NCBI GenBank assembly: GCA_951406725.2
Contig: OX597833.1
Coordinates: 39,184,001 to 39,248,000, forward strand
Source of the DNA: Octopus vulgaris
Lineage: Eukaryota
Direction: 5' to 3'
Length of the DNA stretch: 64,000 nt
Shown in pieces: positions 1-13,589 of the stretch. The stretch's first letter is position 1, and each line of letters starts with the position of its first letter. The translations under genes and the position numbers were made by a program. Below the pieces are notes generated by a model. The model was not told where the DNA came from, did not search any database, and was given only the letters and a program-made list of their open reading frames with translations.

Positions 1-457
1 ATTTGAGTCGAGAACAAAGGAAGTGGATTCTAAAGCAGTATTGGAAGACTGAAAATGCTGAACAGATGCATACAGCATCGAAGAGAAGTATTTGATACTT
101 CTCCATCAACATGACTGACAATTTATTATATGAGATAAATTTGTAAAAATAGTTTCAGTGGTTAATGCACTGAAATCTGGATGTCCTAGGATGTCAATGA
201 GTGAAGAAAATGAGATGAGAGTCACTTTAACATTTGTGAGCAGTCCAAAAAAGTGCATAATCAGGAGCTATCCATACCAAGACTCAAATTATTTGCCATT
301 ATTCATGGTACCTTTAAAAAAATACTTTAATTTCAAAAGCATATACCTACATTTCTAGAATTTATGAGATTATACTGCATTTCATAAAAGTAATAAATAA
401 GTGTAAATGTAATAAAATGAAAAAATTTTGAAGTGTATATCTACTTTTGGCCCACTG
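1..457 (+). mobile_element. Internally deleted Tc1/mariner-superfamily element (DUF4817-type HTH N-terminus), right end
   Basis: Frameshifted translation LSREQRKWILKQYWKTENAE...SVVNALKSGCPRMSMSEENEMRVTLTFVSSPKK resembles a mariner HTH/SGRP N-terminus; ends in TIR-like aagtgtatatctacttttggcccactg followed by TA. Confidence 0.65.
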
Positions 458-669
458 TATGTATATATGTATGTATATTTTCATATGTGTGTGTACGGTG
501 GGGTGTATAGCAAGGAAAATAATGGAGGTACTGGTATTATATTTATTCCTTGGTTACACCTGTTTCAACAGCACATGGATTAAATAAACCATTTAACAAG
601 CTGGAAAACATGAATATGAGCAACAATTTTGTTGCATTGATTATTTAATATTATGTAATGTAAAATCCA

Positions 670-965
670 GATGTGGCAGTGTGGTAAGAAGTTTATTTCC
701 AAACTATATGGTTCTGGGTTCACTCCCACTGTGTAGCATCTAGGGCAAGTGTTTCTACCACAATCTCAGGCTGACCAAAGCCTTGTTAATGGACTTTGTA
801 GGTGGAAACTGAAAGAAACTCATTATACATATAGGTATTTACATATGTGTATTTGTGTCTGTGTTTGTCCCTCCTCATTGCTTGACAACTGGTGTTGGTG
901 CATTTACATCTCCATAACTTAGCGGTTTGGCAAAAGAGACCAACAGAATAAATATCGAGTTTAAG
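670..965 (+). mobile_element. SINE family A (tRNA-like head, internal TA/TG microsatellite), degraded
   Basis: Aligns by eye with full copies at 31604, 41135 and 51503. Confidence 0.8.
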
Positions 966-1076
966 ATAAAATAAAAAACAAGTGCAAACACAGAAATAAT
1001 AGCATATATACACACACACATGCACACATACACCCACACACACATACATGCATGCGTACATGCATGCATGCATACA

Positions 1077-1112
<36 letters not shown>

Positions 1113-1429
1113 TATAATATATTTGTTTTGCAAGATTCTTTATATGAATTCGTGTATTGAAACAGATATTGTTGTATTTGGGGATGGTCATGTTGCCAGT
1201 TTAGCCAATGAAAACACACGCTCTATATATTTGGTGTTTATTTGCTTCAGCTTTATTTTATATATATGTGTATAGATGTATGCATTTGTGTGTGGGTGGG
1301 GTATGAGGCCAAGTAGTTAGGGTTGGACTGTTGTAACCACAATATGTAGCAACCAAATCTCTTTCAAATCACTCTTACCATCTTAAAAAAGATTTTGTTT
1401 GGTTGATTTAATCCTAGATACATAATCCT

Positions 1430-1650
1430 TCCTACTATAGGCACAGGACCTGAAATTTGTGGGGAGGGGGCTTGACAATTACATAATCCCCATTATCTAA
1501 CCCACCCTCCACCCAGTACTTATTCCATTGAACCTTAAAGAAGAGGAGGCAAAGATGACGTTGGTGGAATTTAAACTTAGAACACAGAGATTGACGAAAT
1601 GTTAAGCATTTTGCCCTGAGCGCTACCAATTCTGCTAGCTCACTGCCTTG
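1430..1650 (-). mobile_element. SINE family B, degraded
   Basis: Reverse complement of aaggcagtgagctagcagaattg...gtttaaattccacc...gcctcctcttc...aataagtactgg matches family B. Confidence 0.75.
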
Positions 1651-1805
1651 ATAATAAAGGAGGGCAGGACACCAACACATACGCAAAGACACACACACAT
1701 TGGTATATATCAGGTTGAGTAAAAAGTAAGCAATGTTTTGAACCATGAAAAATTTGTACCTGATTTTTGCAGTTTGGAATTTTTTTAAACATCTTTTTTG
1801 CATTT

Positions 1806-2120
1806 GATAAATATGGAGACCTGAGAATTGAGATTGCTAAGATGTGACACCTATGAGAGTCAAACATAAAGGTTATCCCTATTGTTATCAGAGCACTGGG
1901 TTCAATACCACCCAATCTGAAAAGTCATCTGAAAACTTTGGAAATGCCCTACAATCTCGGTGTATTGCAAAAGTCGGCATTACTTGGAACTGCACACATA
2001 TTGTGTAAAGTACTGTCTGTCTGAGGTCCTTGTTGTGACTTCACAAACATTACAAACCCCCAGTAGACACAGTATCTTCAATCAACAACCTTACGATATT
2101 GTATATTGTGTGACATCTAC
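1806..2120 (+). mobile_element. R4/Dong-like LINE 3' fragment (restriction-like endonuclease C-terminus plus 3'UTR)
   Basis: DKYGDLRIEIAKM*...IKVIPIVIRALGSIP...LQKSALLGTAHILCKVLSV*; followed by (AAT)n. Confidence 0.8.
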
Positions 2121-2167
2121 AATAATAATAATGATGATGATGATGATGATGATGATAATAATAATAC

Positions 2168-2582
2168 AGACTAGACCTAGTGGTGGTGAACAAGGTGCAC
2201 CACATATGCTATATAATTGACGTTGCATGCCCCTTTGACCCACAAATAGTCAAGAAGGAAGGCGAAAAGATAGATAGATACAACCCTCTTAAGTATGAAA
2301 TAGCCTGGCTATGGAAAATGAAGAAGGTGAAGATAGTGCCCATTATTGTTGGGTCCTTAGAAACAGTATCAGAAGGCATCAAGAGGAATATAAAGGAAAT
2401 TAGAATAGAGTGCCCAGTAGAACTGTTACAAAAGGCTTGCCTCCTTGACACAGCCAAAATAATCAGGAAAGTATTAGATAGCTGAAAAGAACGAATAACA
2501 TGGTAACATAGGCTGCATGTAGTAAGCCTGCTATGCATGCAAGACTTCAGGGGCTCCAACAAAAACCTGTGATAAAGAGGAA

Positions 2583-2585
<3 letters not shown>
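2168..2585 (+). mobile_element. Second, divergent R4/Dong-like LINE 3' fragment (RLE domain)
   Basis: ORF 2180-2485: RLDLVVVNK...IIDVACPFD...EKIDRYNPLKYEI...VPIIVGSL...LQKACLLDTAKIIRKVL, a PD-(D/E)xK RLE; flanked by (AAT)n on both sides. Confidence 0.85.
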
Positions 2586-2627
<42 letters not shown>

Positions 2628-2629
2628 GC

Positions 2630-2850
2630 TCTCGCTATCATAAGCACAAGGCTTGAAATTTTGCACGGGAGGGGTTAATCAATTACATCAATCCCAGTGC
2701 TTAACTGGTACTTATTTTACTGACCCTGTAGAAATGAAAAGCAAAGTTGACCTTGGCGGAATTTGAACTCAGAACAACATAAAGATGGATGAATTGCCAC
2801 TAAGCATTTTGTCAGACATGCTAACAATTCTGCCAGCGTAAAGCCTTACT
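2630..2850 (-). mobile_element. SINE family B
   Basis: Matches the family B consensus (gagttcaaattccgcc...gtcaactttgcttttc...aataagtaccagtt) with (ATT)n tail. Confidence 0.8.
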
Positions 2851-3277
2851 CCTAGATACATAATGCCTGCAAATAAAAAAGATGCAGGGTTAGTCACAGC
2901 TGGAAAGCCTTTGATTTAATTTTTTAAAAGAACTATCTACTTTAAATTAGTTTGTCAGTGGCTGAGTATTCCTCAGACATTTGTTCCTTTAACATAATTC
3001 TCAGGCTGCTTATTATTACTGGTACAGTGGGCTTCATTACAGTTTCTGATTACCCAACTTTACTTAGAAAGCTTCAGGTAACCTAAAAATCACCTGAGTG
3101 GAAAGCTAACATCTTAATCACAGAGCTATGCCTACTTCTAACGTTTCAATAATAGTGATCCTACCACTACCATTTCTAGCCTTCCAGCTTGTCCTACTCA
3201 CCCTTATATAATGTTGGGTAGCTTTGTATCTCTATGGCAAAACACCTGGATTTGTCTTTTTCCATTTATTACTCTCT

Positions 3278-3705
3278 CCTTTTTACTCTTTTACTTGTTT
3301 CAGTCATTTGACTGCGGCCATGCTGGAGCACTGCCTTTAGTCGAGCAAATCAACCTCAGGACTTATTCTTTGTAAGCCTAGTACTTATTCTATTGGTCTC
3401 TTTTGCTGAACCGCTAAGTTACGGGAACGTAAACACACCAGCATCGGTTGTCAAGTGATGTTGGGGGGGGGGGGGAGACAAACACAGACACACAAACATA
3501 TACGTACACATACATATATATAAATATATATACATATATACAACGGGCTTCTTTCAGTTTCTGTCTACCAAATCCACTCACAAGGCTTTGGTCGGCCCGA
3601 GGCTATAGTAGAAGACACTTGCCCAAAGTGCCATGCAGTGGGACTGAACCCGGAACCATGTGGTTGGTAAGTAAGTTACTTACCACACAGCCACTCCTAC
3701 ACCTA
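3278..3705 (-). mobile_element. SINE family A, full length
   Basis: Head ggtgtaggagtggctgtgtggtaag...ggttcagtccc (A/B-box-like); tail gaaacaagtaaaagagtaaaa. Confidence 0.9.
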
Positions 3706-3984
3706 TATTGAAAAATAATTATGAATGACAGCATCTATTTTAACAAAAAGGCAATCTTTATACCCAATTTAATGTGGCTGTCTTGTAAGAAAGCTGAATA
3801 CTGGGACATTAGCATTATGAGGTCCTCTCATAGAGATGCATGGTGCATAAAAGCACAGACATATATCATAGCAGACGAGAATCATCCATTAGAGGCACCA
3901 AAATCTACCAAATCAAGTGATTCAAGTCTGCTGGACTTCTTCCGTAATAAAAAAAAACATGTTAATATAGGTGCTTCTACAAGT

Positions 3985-4203
3985 ATCAGTATGCTAGGGG
4001 GCAAACACTGACACAAACACACACACACTTGTATATACATATACGATGGGCTTCTGTCAGTTTCTGTCTACCAAATCCACAAGGCTTTGGTTGGCCCGAG
4101 GCTATAGTTGAAGACACTTGCCCAGGGTGCCACGCAGTGGGACTGAACCCAGAACCATGTGGTTTGTAAGCAAGCAACTCACCACACAGCCACTCCTGCA
4201 CCT
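3985..4203 (-). mobile_element. SINE family A, 5' half
   Basis: Same head sequence as other family A copies. Confidence 0.85.
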
Positions 4204-4449
4204 ATTGCAAGTTATTTGGCAACTTCACTAAAATGCACCCAGTACACGCTTGGCATTAGGAAGGGCATCCATAGAAACCATGGAGCTTGGTGTGGCCCTG
4301 TGGCTTGCCATATTCTATGAAACCAACCAGCTTATGCCAGCATGGAAAACGGATGTTAATTTTTGTTAGTGTTGATGGTAGTGATGATGATGATGATGAT
4401 GACAATGATGATGCTGTGCAGAAATTATCAAGACATTTACAGTATACAC

Positions 4450-4715
4450 CCACCATCACCATCCTTACCACCATCACCATCCTTACCACCACCACCACCA
4501 CCACCACCACCACCACCACCACCACTGCCACTGTTGCCTCTACCTGTACTATAACTTGCACCATGACGACCACCACCACCACAACCACCACCACCACTGC
4601 TAATGCTGCCATCACCGCCACCACCACCATCACCACCACGACCACTGCCACCACTGCTGCCTCAACCTGTACCACCACCTGCACTACCACCACCACCATC
4701 ACCACCATCGCCATT
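4450..4715. repeat. (CAC)n-type low-complexity trinucleotide tract
   Basis: Direct inspection. Confidence 0.95.
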
Positions 4716-5051
4716 ATTCTACTATTAACGCTTTATTTCATTACTTTTTTACATTCTAATTTTGCCTTTTATTTCATTATTTATCTATTTATTTATATAT
4801 TTATTTATATCACTAACTCCAGTTTTTCAGAAATAGAATCATTACTTCCTTATTCTTCCTAGCTGTTTCCAGATTTGTCTTTTATTTGGAAGTTCACAGA
4901 ATATTCTTATTCTAATTCCAATTTTGATTTTAATTTTAGAAATTCAATTTAATATTCTATGATTTATTTTAAAGAATTTAATGGAATAACCAGGATTATT
5001 TATGTTGGCTGTTTATTTTATTTTGTTAAATCAATGATTATTGTTCTCACT

Positions 5052-5081
5052 GTCATCATCATCATCATCATCGTGGTCATT

Positions 5082-5129
<48 letters not shown>

Positions 5130-5139
5130 GTCGTCGTCG

Positions 5140-5181
<42 letters not shown>

Positions 5182-5420
5182 CCACCATCATTATTGTCAT
5201 TGCCATCACCAGCGTTATCATAATCATTAAGCATCATCCTTAACCTCCTCCCCTCCTCCTCCCCTCCTCCCCCTCTTCCTCTCCTCCCCCCTCTTCCTCT
5301 CCTCCCCCTCTTCCTCTCCTCCTCCTCCTCATCTTCATTCTCCACACCACAACCACCACATCACCACCTCCACCACCGTCATCGTTGCTGTCGTCGTCGT
5401 CATCATCGTCATCATCACCA
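5052..5420. repeat. (CAT)n/(CCT)n/(CGT)n trinucleotide tracts
   Basis: Direct inspection. Confidence 0.95.
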
Positions 5421-5884
5421 CTGACCACTTCATCATTGTAGTCACCATTGTGTTTATCATCATTTGGGGATCACTTTTGTCTGTAAGGGCCAACATCATC
5501 AAGCCAAATCTAACCCTTATCTTTCAAAACCCTTTCAAATTTATTTATTGTGGCATCCATGTAATGATTCTTGATCTCCTAGAAAAAATAGCTGAATTGC
5601 CTTCAAGTCACACCTTTCTATCTTAAAAAAGAACATATTAAAAAAAAAGGGGTCTAAGATATATGATGATTTGATTAGCTCTTCCAAATAAACCATCATC
5701 AACAGTGAGCTATGAGTGTATCTCTATGTTAGTTGTTCCCATACATTTTTGACTGCTGCTCCTTTGGCACCCAGACTACATTCCTAGCATCCCACCACAC
5801 CCCACCAGAAACATAGGCCTCTTTCAACTGTGGCCTTAAAATTACTGTTTATATCACAAATAAAACTTTACCTAGTTAACCCAT

Positions 5885-6295
5885 TATGTAATATCTTGGC
5901 AGTTAACCACTGATGCAGGTAGTTTATTCCATGCTTCAGCAATTCTGAGTGTGAAAAAATGTTTCTGCAAGCCATGAGTGCCGTGCTGGTTTTTGATTTT
6001 GTAAGCATGTCTATGAGTGTTTGACATACAGAATTCAAAAAGGTGCTCAAGGTTGTTGTTGGAAAGGTGGTGGATAATCTTGTGGGTGTCTGCCGAGTTA
6101 GTTGCCAAACATCGGAGCTTTAATGAGTCCATGCTCAGGGAAGCAAGACATTTAAAGTAGGGTAGATCTCTGACGGCCAGTATTCGTTTAGTTGCATGTC
6201 TCTGAATATTTTCCAGGAGATTGAGATGCTGAGCAAGATAGGTGCTCCAGACTGGTGATGCAAACTATAAATGTAGATGTACCGTAGTCATATAC
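5885..6295 (-). mobile_element. CR1/L2-type LINE RT C-terminal fragment
   Basis: FASPVWSTYLAQHLNLLENIQRHATKRI...SMDSLKLR...QKHFFTLRIAEAWNKLPASVV, typical CR1-clade C-terminal motifs. Confidence 0.8.
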
Positions 6296-6299
6296 ATTA

Positions 6300-6970
6300 T
6301 GAAAGTGCAGGGTAGCAATCAGAAATGTCCTTTGGCAATCAAAAATCCTGATATATTTATTTTCAATTTTGACCTCTGTTCAATGTCATTTTAAAGTGAA
6401 ACCAGTTCTTCCTCCACTATCCTTGTTACCTCATTACTGATATCTAGGTATCATGCAGACTGATATTTTAATGAAAAATAAATGTCCTGAAATCTGTCAG
6501 ACATGTCTTTGTGCAGCTCATCCAAGTGTGAACAATATACATGAATAACACCATCAGGTATGCAATTTCCATCTCTAATTCAGAAAGGCTTAGAAATGAA
6601 AGAACCAATGATGGCTTATGTTGCATTTGAATAACTCTAACTTGGGCAGAAACATGGAGAAGGCTAGTTTTACTTTGATAAGGTTTAACCTCATTTCCTT
6701 GCTGTTGCAAATTAACTTCATTGAACTGTGTGAATATATCTGCCATATAAGCAATGTCATGTTTGATGTTTCTTAGTTCATCACAAAGAACAGAATAAGA
6801 CTCTTGCATGAATTCAACAACTGTTTTTGAAAGAGAAATAGAAACTTTCAAGCTGTTTCTCTTTGACAACCATTGAATTTCTGTGTGCAACAACAGAAGT
6901 TCAAAATCTTTATCATTCTCAGTACAGGGCTGTTGAGACAGTGTTGTAGAAAACAACTGGATCTTCCTCA
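6300..6970 (-). mobile_element. hAT (Charlie/Buster-like) transposase remnant
   Basis: DFELLLLHTEIQWLSK (cf. LLLHTEVRWLSRG) and IAYMADIFTQFNEVNLQQQG. Confidence 0.75.
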
Positions 6971-7137
6971 AATCATATGAATGATTTTAAAAAGATTGAT
7001 CTCCTTTGATAAACCACTAAGTGGAATTATTAACAAACTAACATGAGTTGTCAAGGAGTGGTGGACAAACGCACACATATACCAACACACACACACACAC
7101 ATTTATATATACACACACACCTTTGCATTCACACATA

Positions 7138-8051
7138 TGAGGTGGGGTACCCAAATGAAAGTGGAATTTTGCAATGCTATTTTATTCATTTAGTTTTACA
7201 TGCTTACACTTTTATTGCCTTCAAAATATTCTTCATTTGAAGCAATGCATCAGTCCAGACACGTTTTCTGCTGTTTGAAGCAATGCTGGAACTCTTGCAA
7301 GGCAAAGCCTTTTAAAGCCTCCATCATATTTTTCTTCACCTCTTCAACATTTGTAAATTCCACAGAACCAGCTTTCGTCACCAGTGATGACATTACAATA
7401 GAAAGGTCCAAACGAACTCCTGGCTGTTCTTTCGGTTCATGACAAGTATTCAGTTTTGACTGCTTTTGATCTTCCGTGAGCAAATGAGGCACAAATTTTT
7501 CTACAATTCTTTTCATTTGCAATTCTTCACTCAAAATTCGTTGACAGGATCTCCAGGACACACCAGTCATATCACCAAGTTCATCAATTGTTTAATGATA
7601 ATCCTCCAAGATCAGTTCATAAATTTTCCTGATGCTTTCATTTGTTCGTGAGGTCAATGGTTGCCCTGAATGAGATTGGTCTTCAAGTGACAAGTGACCA
7701 TTCTTGAAGTTTGAAAACCACTCGTAAACTTGTGTTTTGCTCATAGCAGCATCCTTGTAAGCTGTTTGAAGTATGACAGCTGTTTTGACTACTGTTTTCC
7801 TCAACAGAAAACAGAATTTCATGGAAGCACACTGTTCATTTGTTTCAGCCATTGCAAAAATCAATGAACAAGGGAGAAGCACTGCAAAATATAGATGCAC
7901 TACTTGGCAGTATATTTTTGCCCAATGCCGCTGGTCAACAGACTGATGCCTGAGGATCGCATCAAGTACCTTCTAATAGTGGAAGCCTGAACTACAATGG
8001 GCTTGTCTCACAGAGAATGTTTCCAGTTACTTTTGGGTATCCCCACCACCG
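7138..8051 (-). mobile_element. Internally deleted mariner element with both TIRs
   Basis: ORFs 7592-7900 and 7250-7570 give a mariner HTH (EQCASMKFCF...VYEWFSNFKNG...SGQP; KFVPHLLTEDQK) and C-terminus (EYFEG); imperfect TIRs tgaggtggggtacccaaa / tttgggtatccccaccaccg flanked by TA. Confidence 0.85.
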
Positions 8052-8099
8052 TACATATAAACAGTAGTTGGACACAGTTCCATAACCACAGGAGTTGGA

Positions 8100-8935
8100 A
8101 ACAGTTCTACAACTACAGGATGAATCTGATCAAATTAAATGCTTAAATAGTCTTGACTATTAATTCTGTCATGAAGGGAGACCATTGTACTGGTGGATTT
8201 CCAAGATATAGCCCCCCCCCCCCCGATCATCACAGATCCTCCTCCATGGTTAACAGTTGGAAAGAGGCAGTCTGGGTGAAATGCTTCTTTTGGCTGTCTC
8301 CACATGTATACTTGGCTGGTGGTTGGAAATAAGGTAAAGGATGACTCATCCAAGAAAATAATATTCTTCCACTGCACTAGGGACCAATTCTGTAGATTTT
8401 TACTCCACTCTAAATGCTTTGCAATGTTTGTTTTTGAAAGTAGTGGTTTTCTGATTACAGCCCTCCCATGAAATCTAGCTTTGTGCAGCTCCTGGCAAAC
8501 AGTTTTTGTGAAAACTGGGTGCTCAAGGTGGTCCTTAAGCTCAGCATAAATTTTGGGAGCTGTACTTTCATGATTCTTTCTAACAATTCGCGTAAGAATC
8601 CAATGGTCCCTACCTGAAAGTTTTGGTTTTCTTTCAGAGTTTTGTTTTGATGAGGAGGTTGTTTTCATTATGCTAGTGCCTGCCCACAAGCAGCAAAAAT
8701 TTGACCTCTTTGAAAGTCCGATGTATCCGTCATTTTAATGAATTTTGATTACCTTTTTCTCAACAGAAAAAGCAACTTTAGCAAAACATATTAAGAAAAT
8801 AAATCAAAAAACATAATAAATCAAAAATAATAAATAAAAAAACATAAAAATAAACAAGCTTTTGATAGTTTTATAGATATTTCAAGATTATGGTGCTATG
8901 ATGCTAGGTGTTTCCATTATTTTGTCCAAACCCTG
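8100..8935 (-). mobile_element. Tc1-type transposon, 3'-truncated
   Basis: ORF 8135-8689 (RKPLLSK...WKNIIFLDESSF...PTVNHGGGSVMIGG); start MTDTSDFQRGQI near 8733; left TIR cagggtttggacaaaataatggaaacac next to TA. Confidence 0.88.
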
Positions 8936-8944
8936 TATATATAC

Positions 8945-9113
8945 ACACAATGGGCTTCCATACAGTTTCCATCTATGAAATTTACTCACAAGGTATAGGT
9001 TGGTCTGGGGCTGTAGTAGAAAACACTTGCTCAAGGTGCCATGTAGTGGGACTGAACCCAAAATTACTTCTTTACAAAGTGAGCTTTGTAACCACACAGC
9101 AACGCCTGCCCCT
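8945..9113 (-). mobile_element. SINE family A head
   Basis: Family A 5' half, degraded. Confidence 0.75.
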
Positions 9114-9599
9114 GTAAGTGGACAGACTCCTTTGGCATCAGAACTATAGTACGTTAATTGACCTTCAAGCCAATGTGGTGAACCATCTGCAACATGGCAG
9201 GGCTGTACATGTGTGTGCATGTGAATGTATATGTGTGTGTATATGTTTGAGTTTGAACTTGTGTGTGTGAGGTGGGAAGTTTCAGGTCGAGATGATGGTG
9301 ATGGTGATGGGGACATCGAAGGGTTATCATTGGAATTAAACAACCTTTTATTTATAGTGACTCATAACATTCTCTCTTAATCATACCATAATTGATCCTA
9401 TTTCTTCTGGAACTTTCTCTACTGTCCTTCCACTCCCCATTCATCTCTACGTCCAACTTCTACTGCTCACCATTCTATCCTCTATCTCTTTCTCTCTTTC
9501 CTCATTCTCTTCTCCCTCTCTCTCTGTCAGTTCATTTCCTCCTCTCATTCTCTCTACTATTCTTTTAGTCTATCTGCCTGCCAATCTATTTGTCAACTT

Positions 9600-9636
9600 T
9601 ATCTATCTATCTATCTATCTATCAATCAATCAATCA

Positions 9637-9724
<88 letters not shown>

Positions 9725-9751
9725 CAACTTTATCTATCTATCTATCTATCA

Positions 9752-9837
<86 letters not shown>

Positions 9838-9838
9838 T

Positions 9839-9869
<31 letters not shown>

Positions 9870-10092
9870 GTATCTATCTATTTTATAAGTCTAATATTTT
9901 CTTACACTCTTATTCCTTTTCTCTCTCTTACATGTGCTACCTTTCTCACACACTCTCTCTCTCACTCACACTCTCATTCATATACATATCTATGTATGCA
10001 TGCATGTATGTGCATATGCGTGTGTGTGAGTGAGTGTGTGTGTGTGAGTGAGTGTGTGTGTGTGAGTGAGTGTGTGTGTGTGTGTACACACA

Positions 10093-10129
<37 letters not shown>

Positions 10130-10190
10130 TTATATATATGCATATATATATATGCATATATATATATACATACATACATACATACATATA

Positions 10191-10247
<57 letters not shown>
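9600..10247. repeat. (TATC)n, (GT)n and (TA)n microsatellites
   Basis: Direct inspection. Confidence 0.95.
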
Positions 10248-10248
<1 letters not shown>

Positions 10249-10419
10249 AGGTGCATAAGATATTTGAGGACAGATTTATGTTTATAAAAAGATAGATATA
10301 TAATAACAGATAACTTTGTTAACCAAAAAATGGCATGAGGATAAAAATAAACATTCTTTTCTATAATGTTATTCAATAAAGCCACCTTCAGCTTCAACAT
10401 CTGCTTCTATATGAGATCT

Positions 10420-11360
10420 AAATCATTTACATTCTCAAATCAAATGGTCCTGGTTCAGTTTGGACATTACTCTGACTATGGCATCTTTCAAAGGATCTTT
10501 GGTGTTATGGGCATGTTCATTAGCCTCTCTCTCAACAACACTCCAACGGATTTAGATCTGGGGAATTAGGAGGTCAAATGTTAGGGGTTATGTGATCAAG
10601 AAAATTTTCAACCATTCATTCCTGTGTTACTAGAGCCATGTGTGATAGTGCCGAGTTGTACTGAAACACATATGGCCTTCCACTGCATACACTGTCTACC
10701 CAGGGCTTAACAATTATTTCCAGGACCTCAATGTAGGTGGCAGAGTTAACTCTGAGGCCTTGTGGAAAGATGTAAGGAGGCATCACATGTCCGTCATTGC
10801 TGACAATCTCTAAAACCATGACAGTTGCAAGAAATTTTTTATGCATAACACTTGGATCTTCAGAAAAGTCTGCATATAACCATTTGTCATTTGTTCTGTT
10901 AACTTTTTGATCTTGGTTGAAGTTTTTCTCATTTGAGAAAATCCAAATCAAATCTTCTGCTGGATTTTTCAGCTTGTTTAAGAGCTTTTTTGATCTGATG
11001 TAGTGATTTTCTTTTGCTTTTCTGACAAATTGACTTTTCCTCATTATATCTGATGTCTTCGTGGACAACATTTCTGACTGTTCCTTCTGACATGTGGAAA
11101 TCTTTTGCAATTGACCTCATAAGCTTTCTAGGATTGTAATCAATGGTCTGTTGAACTTGCTGGATAAATTCAGGTGTTCTGATGATTTCAGAGCATTTAC
11201 AATACTTATTATGCTTTGATACTGGTGATACATTTCCATCTTAAGTCCCTAACTCCTTACAAACTTTTTAGAGGAAAGATCTGGCACTTTTGAAAATCGA
11301 GATATTTCTAAATTGCTATGCTCAGCCTTTGTAAGCATAATAACAGCATGCCTCTTCATT
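10420..11360 (-). mobile_element. maT/DD37D-like mariner transposase remnant
   Basis: IWIFSNEKNF...VMVLEIVSNDG...FPQGLRVNSATYIEVLE...YVFQYNSALSH...PPNSPDLNPLE, with frameshifts. Confidence 0.82.
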
Positions 11361-11367
11361 TCTTGAG

Positions 11368-11403
<36 letters not shown>

Positions 11404-11410
11404 TACATAT

Positions 11411-11810
11411 ACTCTTTACTCTCTTTTACTCTTTTACTTGTTTCAGTCATTTGACTGCGGCCATGCTGGAGCACCGCCTTTAGTCGAACAAATCGACCCC
11501 AGGACTTATTCTTTGTAAGCCCAGTACTTATTCTATCGGTCTCTTTGCCGAACTGCTAAGTGACGGGGACATAAACACACCAGCATCGGTTGTCAAGCAA
11601 TGCTATGGGGACAAACACAGACACACAAACATACACGCACATATACATATATACATATATACGACGGGCTTCTTTCAGTTTCCATCTACCAAATCCACTC
11701 ACAAGGCTTTGGTCGGCCCGAGGCTATAGTAGAAGACACACGCAGTGGGACTGAACCCGGAACCATGTGGTTGGTAAACAAGCTACTTACCACACAGCCA
11801 CTCCTGCGCC
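11411..11810 (-). mobile_element. SINE family A, near full length with a short internal deletion
   Basis: Lacks about 14 nt (ttgcccaaggtgcc) near 11740 relative to other copies. Confidence 0.9.
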
Positions 11811-11877
11811 TCACACTCCTCACACTCCTGCGCCACACACACACATATATGTATGTGTGTGTGTATATATATAAATA

Positions 11878-11930
<53 letters not shown>

Positions 11931-12500
11931 GTATATACACAAACATGGACATATATATATATGTCAATGTATCTATTCACACACACACACACACACACAG
12001 TATTGCTTATGTGTTTACCTTATATTTCATCTTTTCTGTCAATATTCTCCACCCCCACTACTCTCAGCCTGCCTGCCTGTTTGTCTGTCTGTCTCTCTTT
12101 CACTAAACAAATATGCAAATATACAGATGCATGCTAACATGCTGGCAACAATATGCCCACATAGACACACAAGTATACACACTTTAAAACACAGATATGT
12201 AGATGTATGAATAGATGCAAAAACATAAACACATACACACTTTTGCACGTAACTACACACACATATGCATGAATGCATTTGCACCCACCCACATGCACAT
12301 AAAAATATCAATGCTTGCAAAAATGCATTTACAAATATTCAATTGCATACACAAGTTTACGTGCATATATATATATATATATATATATACACCCATATAC
12401 AAACCCAGACATACCTTCAGAGATGCCTGAAGGAAAATGCCCAATGGCAATTGACATGCACACACACACAACATACACACACATCTACACACACACATAT

Positions 12501-12548
<48 letters not shown>

Positions 12549-12654
12549 ACACATATACATGCAGTACTGAGGAATATTCAAACGTAATATCATATATGCA
12601 GACTAACTCAGAAAAACACTCATATATACATACATGCACAAATACAATTGCAAA

Positions 12655-12737
12655 CATCATCCTCGTCATCATATTCACCATCATCATCCTCATCATCGTT
12701 GTCATCACCACTACCACCATCATCATCATCATTGTTG

Positions 12738-12769
<32 letters not shown>

Positions 12770-13000
12770 GTCATCATCACTATTAGCATCATCATTTAAC
12801 ATCTGTGTTTTTATGTTGGCATGGGTTAGACAGCTTGTCAGGGTCCAACAAGCTGCAGAAGCTGTATTGAATCCTAGTGTCTGAGCTTTGGCATGGTTTC
12901 TACAGCTGGATGCCCTTCCTAATGCCAACCAGTTTACAATGTGTCCTGGATGCTTATTTTCATGATATCAGAGTTTGTGAGGACACCAAGGGACTTGCAA
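12655..13000 (-). mobile_element. SINE family E tail ending in (GAT)n
   Basis: Reverse complement of ggcattaggaagggcatccagctgtagaaacc...aacccatgccaac...gatgttaaatgatgat. Confidence 0.75.
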
Positions 13001-13164
13001 GACAAAATAAAGAAAGGAAAAGTAAAAGGAAAAGGCCCACTTCAACTGAGTGAGAGAGTATCTAACAGAGGGAAGAGGTGGCTTTATGCCAGGTGTTGCA
13101 AGCTAAAATAGTTTAGGGCAAGCACAGGTGTCTTACCAACAAATACACAAATGCATAAATATAG

Positions 13165-13380
13165 ATTTCAAATTTTGGCACAAGGCCAGCAGTTTCGGGG
13201 GAGGGTGTAAGTCAAATCACATTGGCCCCAGTGTTCAACTGGTACTTATTTTATTAATCCTGAAAGGATGAAACGCAAAGTCGACCTGAGTGGAATTTGA
13301 ACTCAGAACATAAAGACAGATGAAATGCTACTAAGCATTTTGCCTAGCATGCTAATGGTTCTGCCAGTTCACTGCCTTAC
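13165..13380 (-). mobile_element. SINE family B
   Basis: Family B consensus match. Confidence 0.85.
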
Positions 13381-13589
13381 AAATACATAAATATTCATTT
13401 CAAATTTTGGCACAAGGCCAGCAGTTTTGGTACTTATTTGGTGCTTAACTGGTACTTATTTCATCAACTCCAAAAGGATAAAAAGTAAAGTCAACTTTGG
13501 TGGAAGTTGAACTTTACTTTTCATCCTTCCAGGGTTGATACAAAATGAGTACCAGTTGAGTACTAGGGTTAATGTAATCGACATTGTTA

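Noticed and set aside
3780-3945. SSDSSLLDFF resembling mariner SPDLxPLDFF
   Set aside because: A single short degenerate motif; insufficient for a feature call
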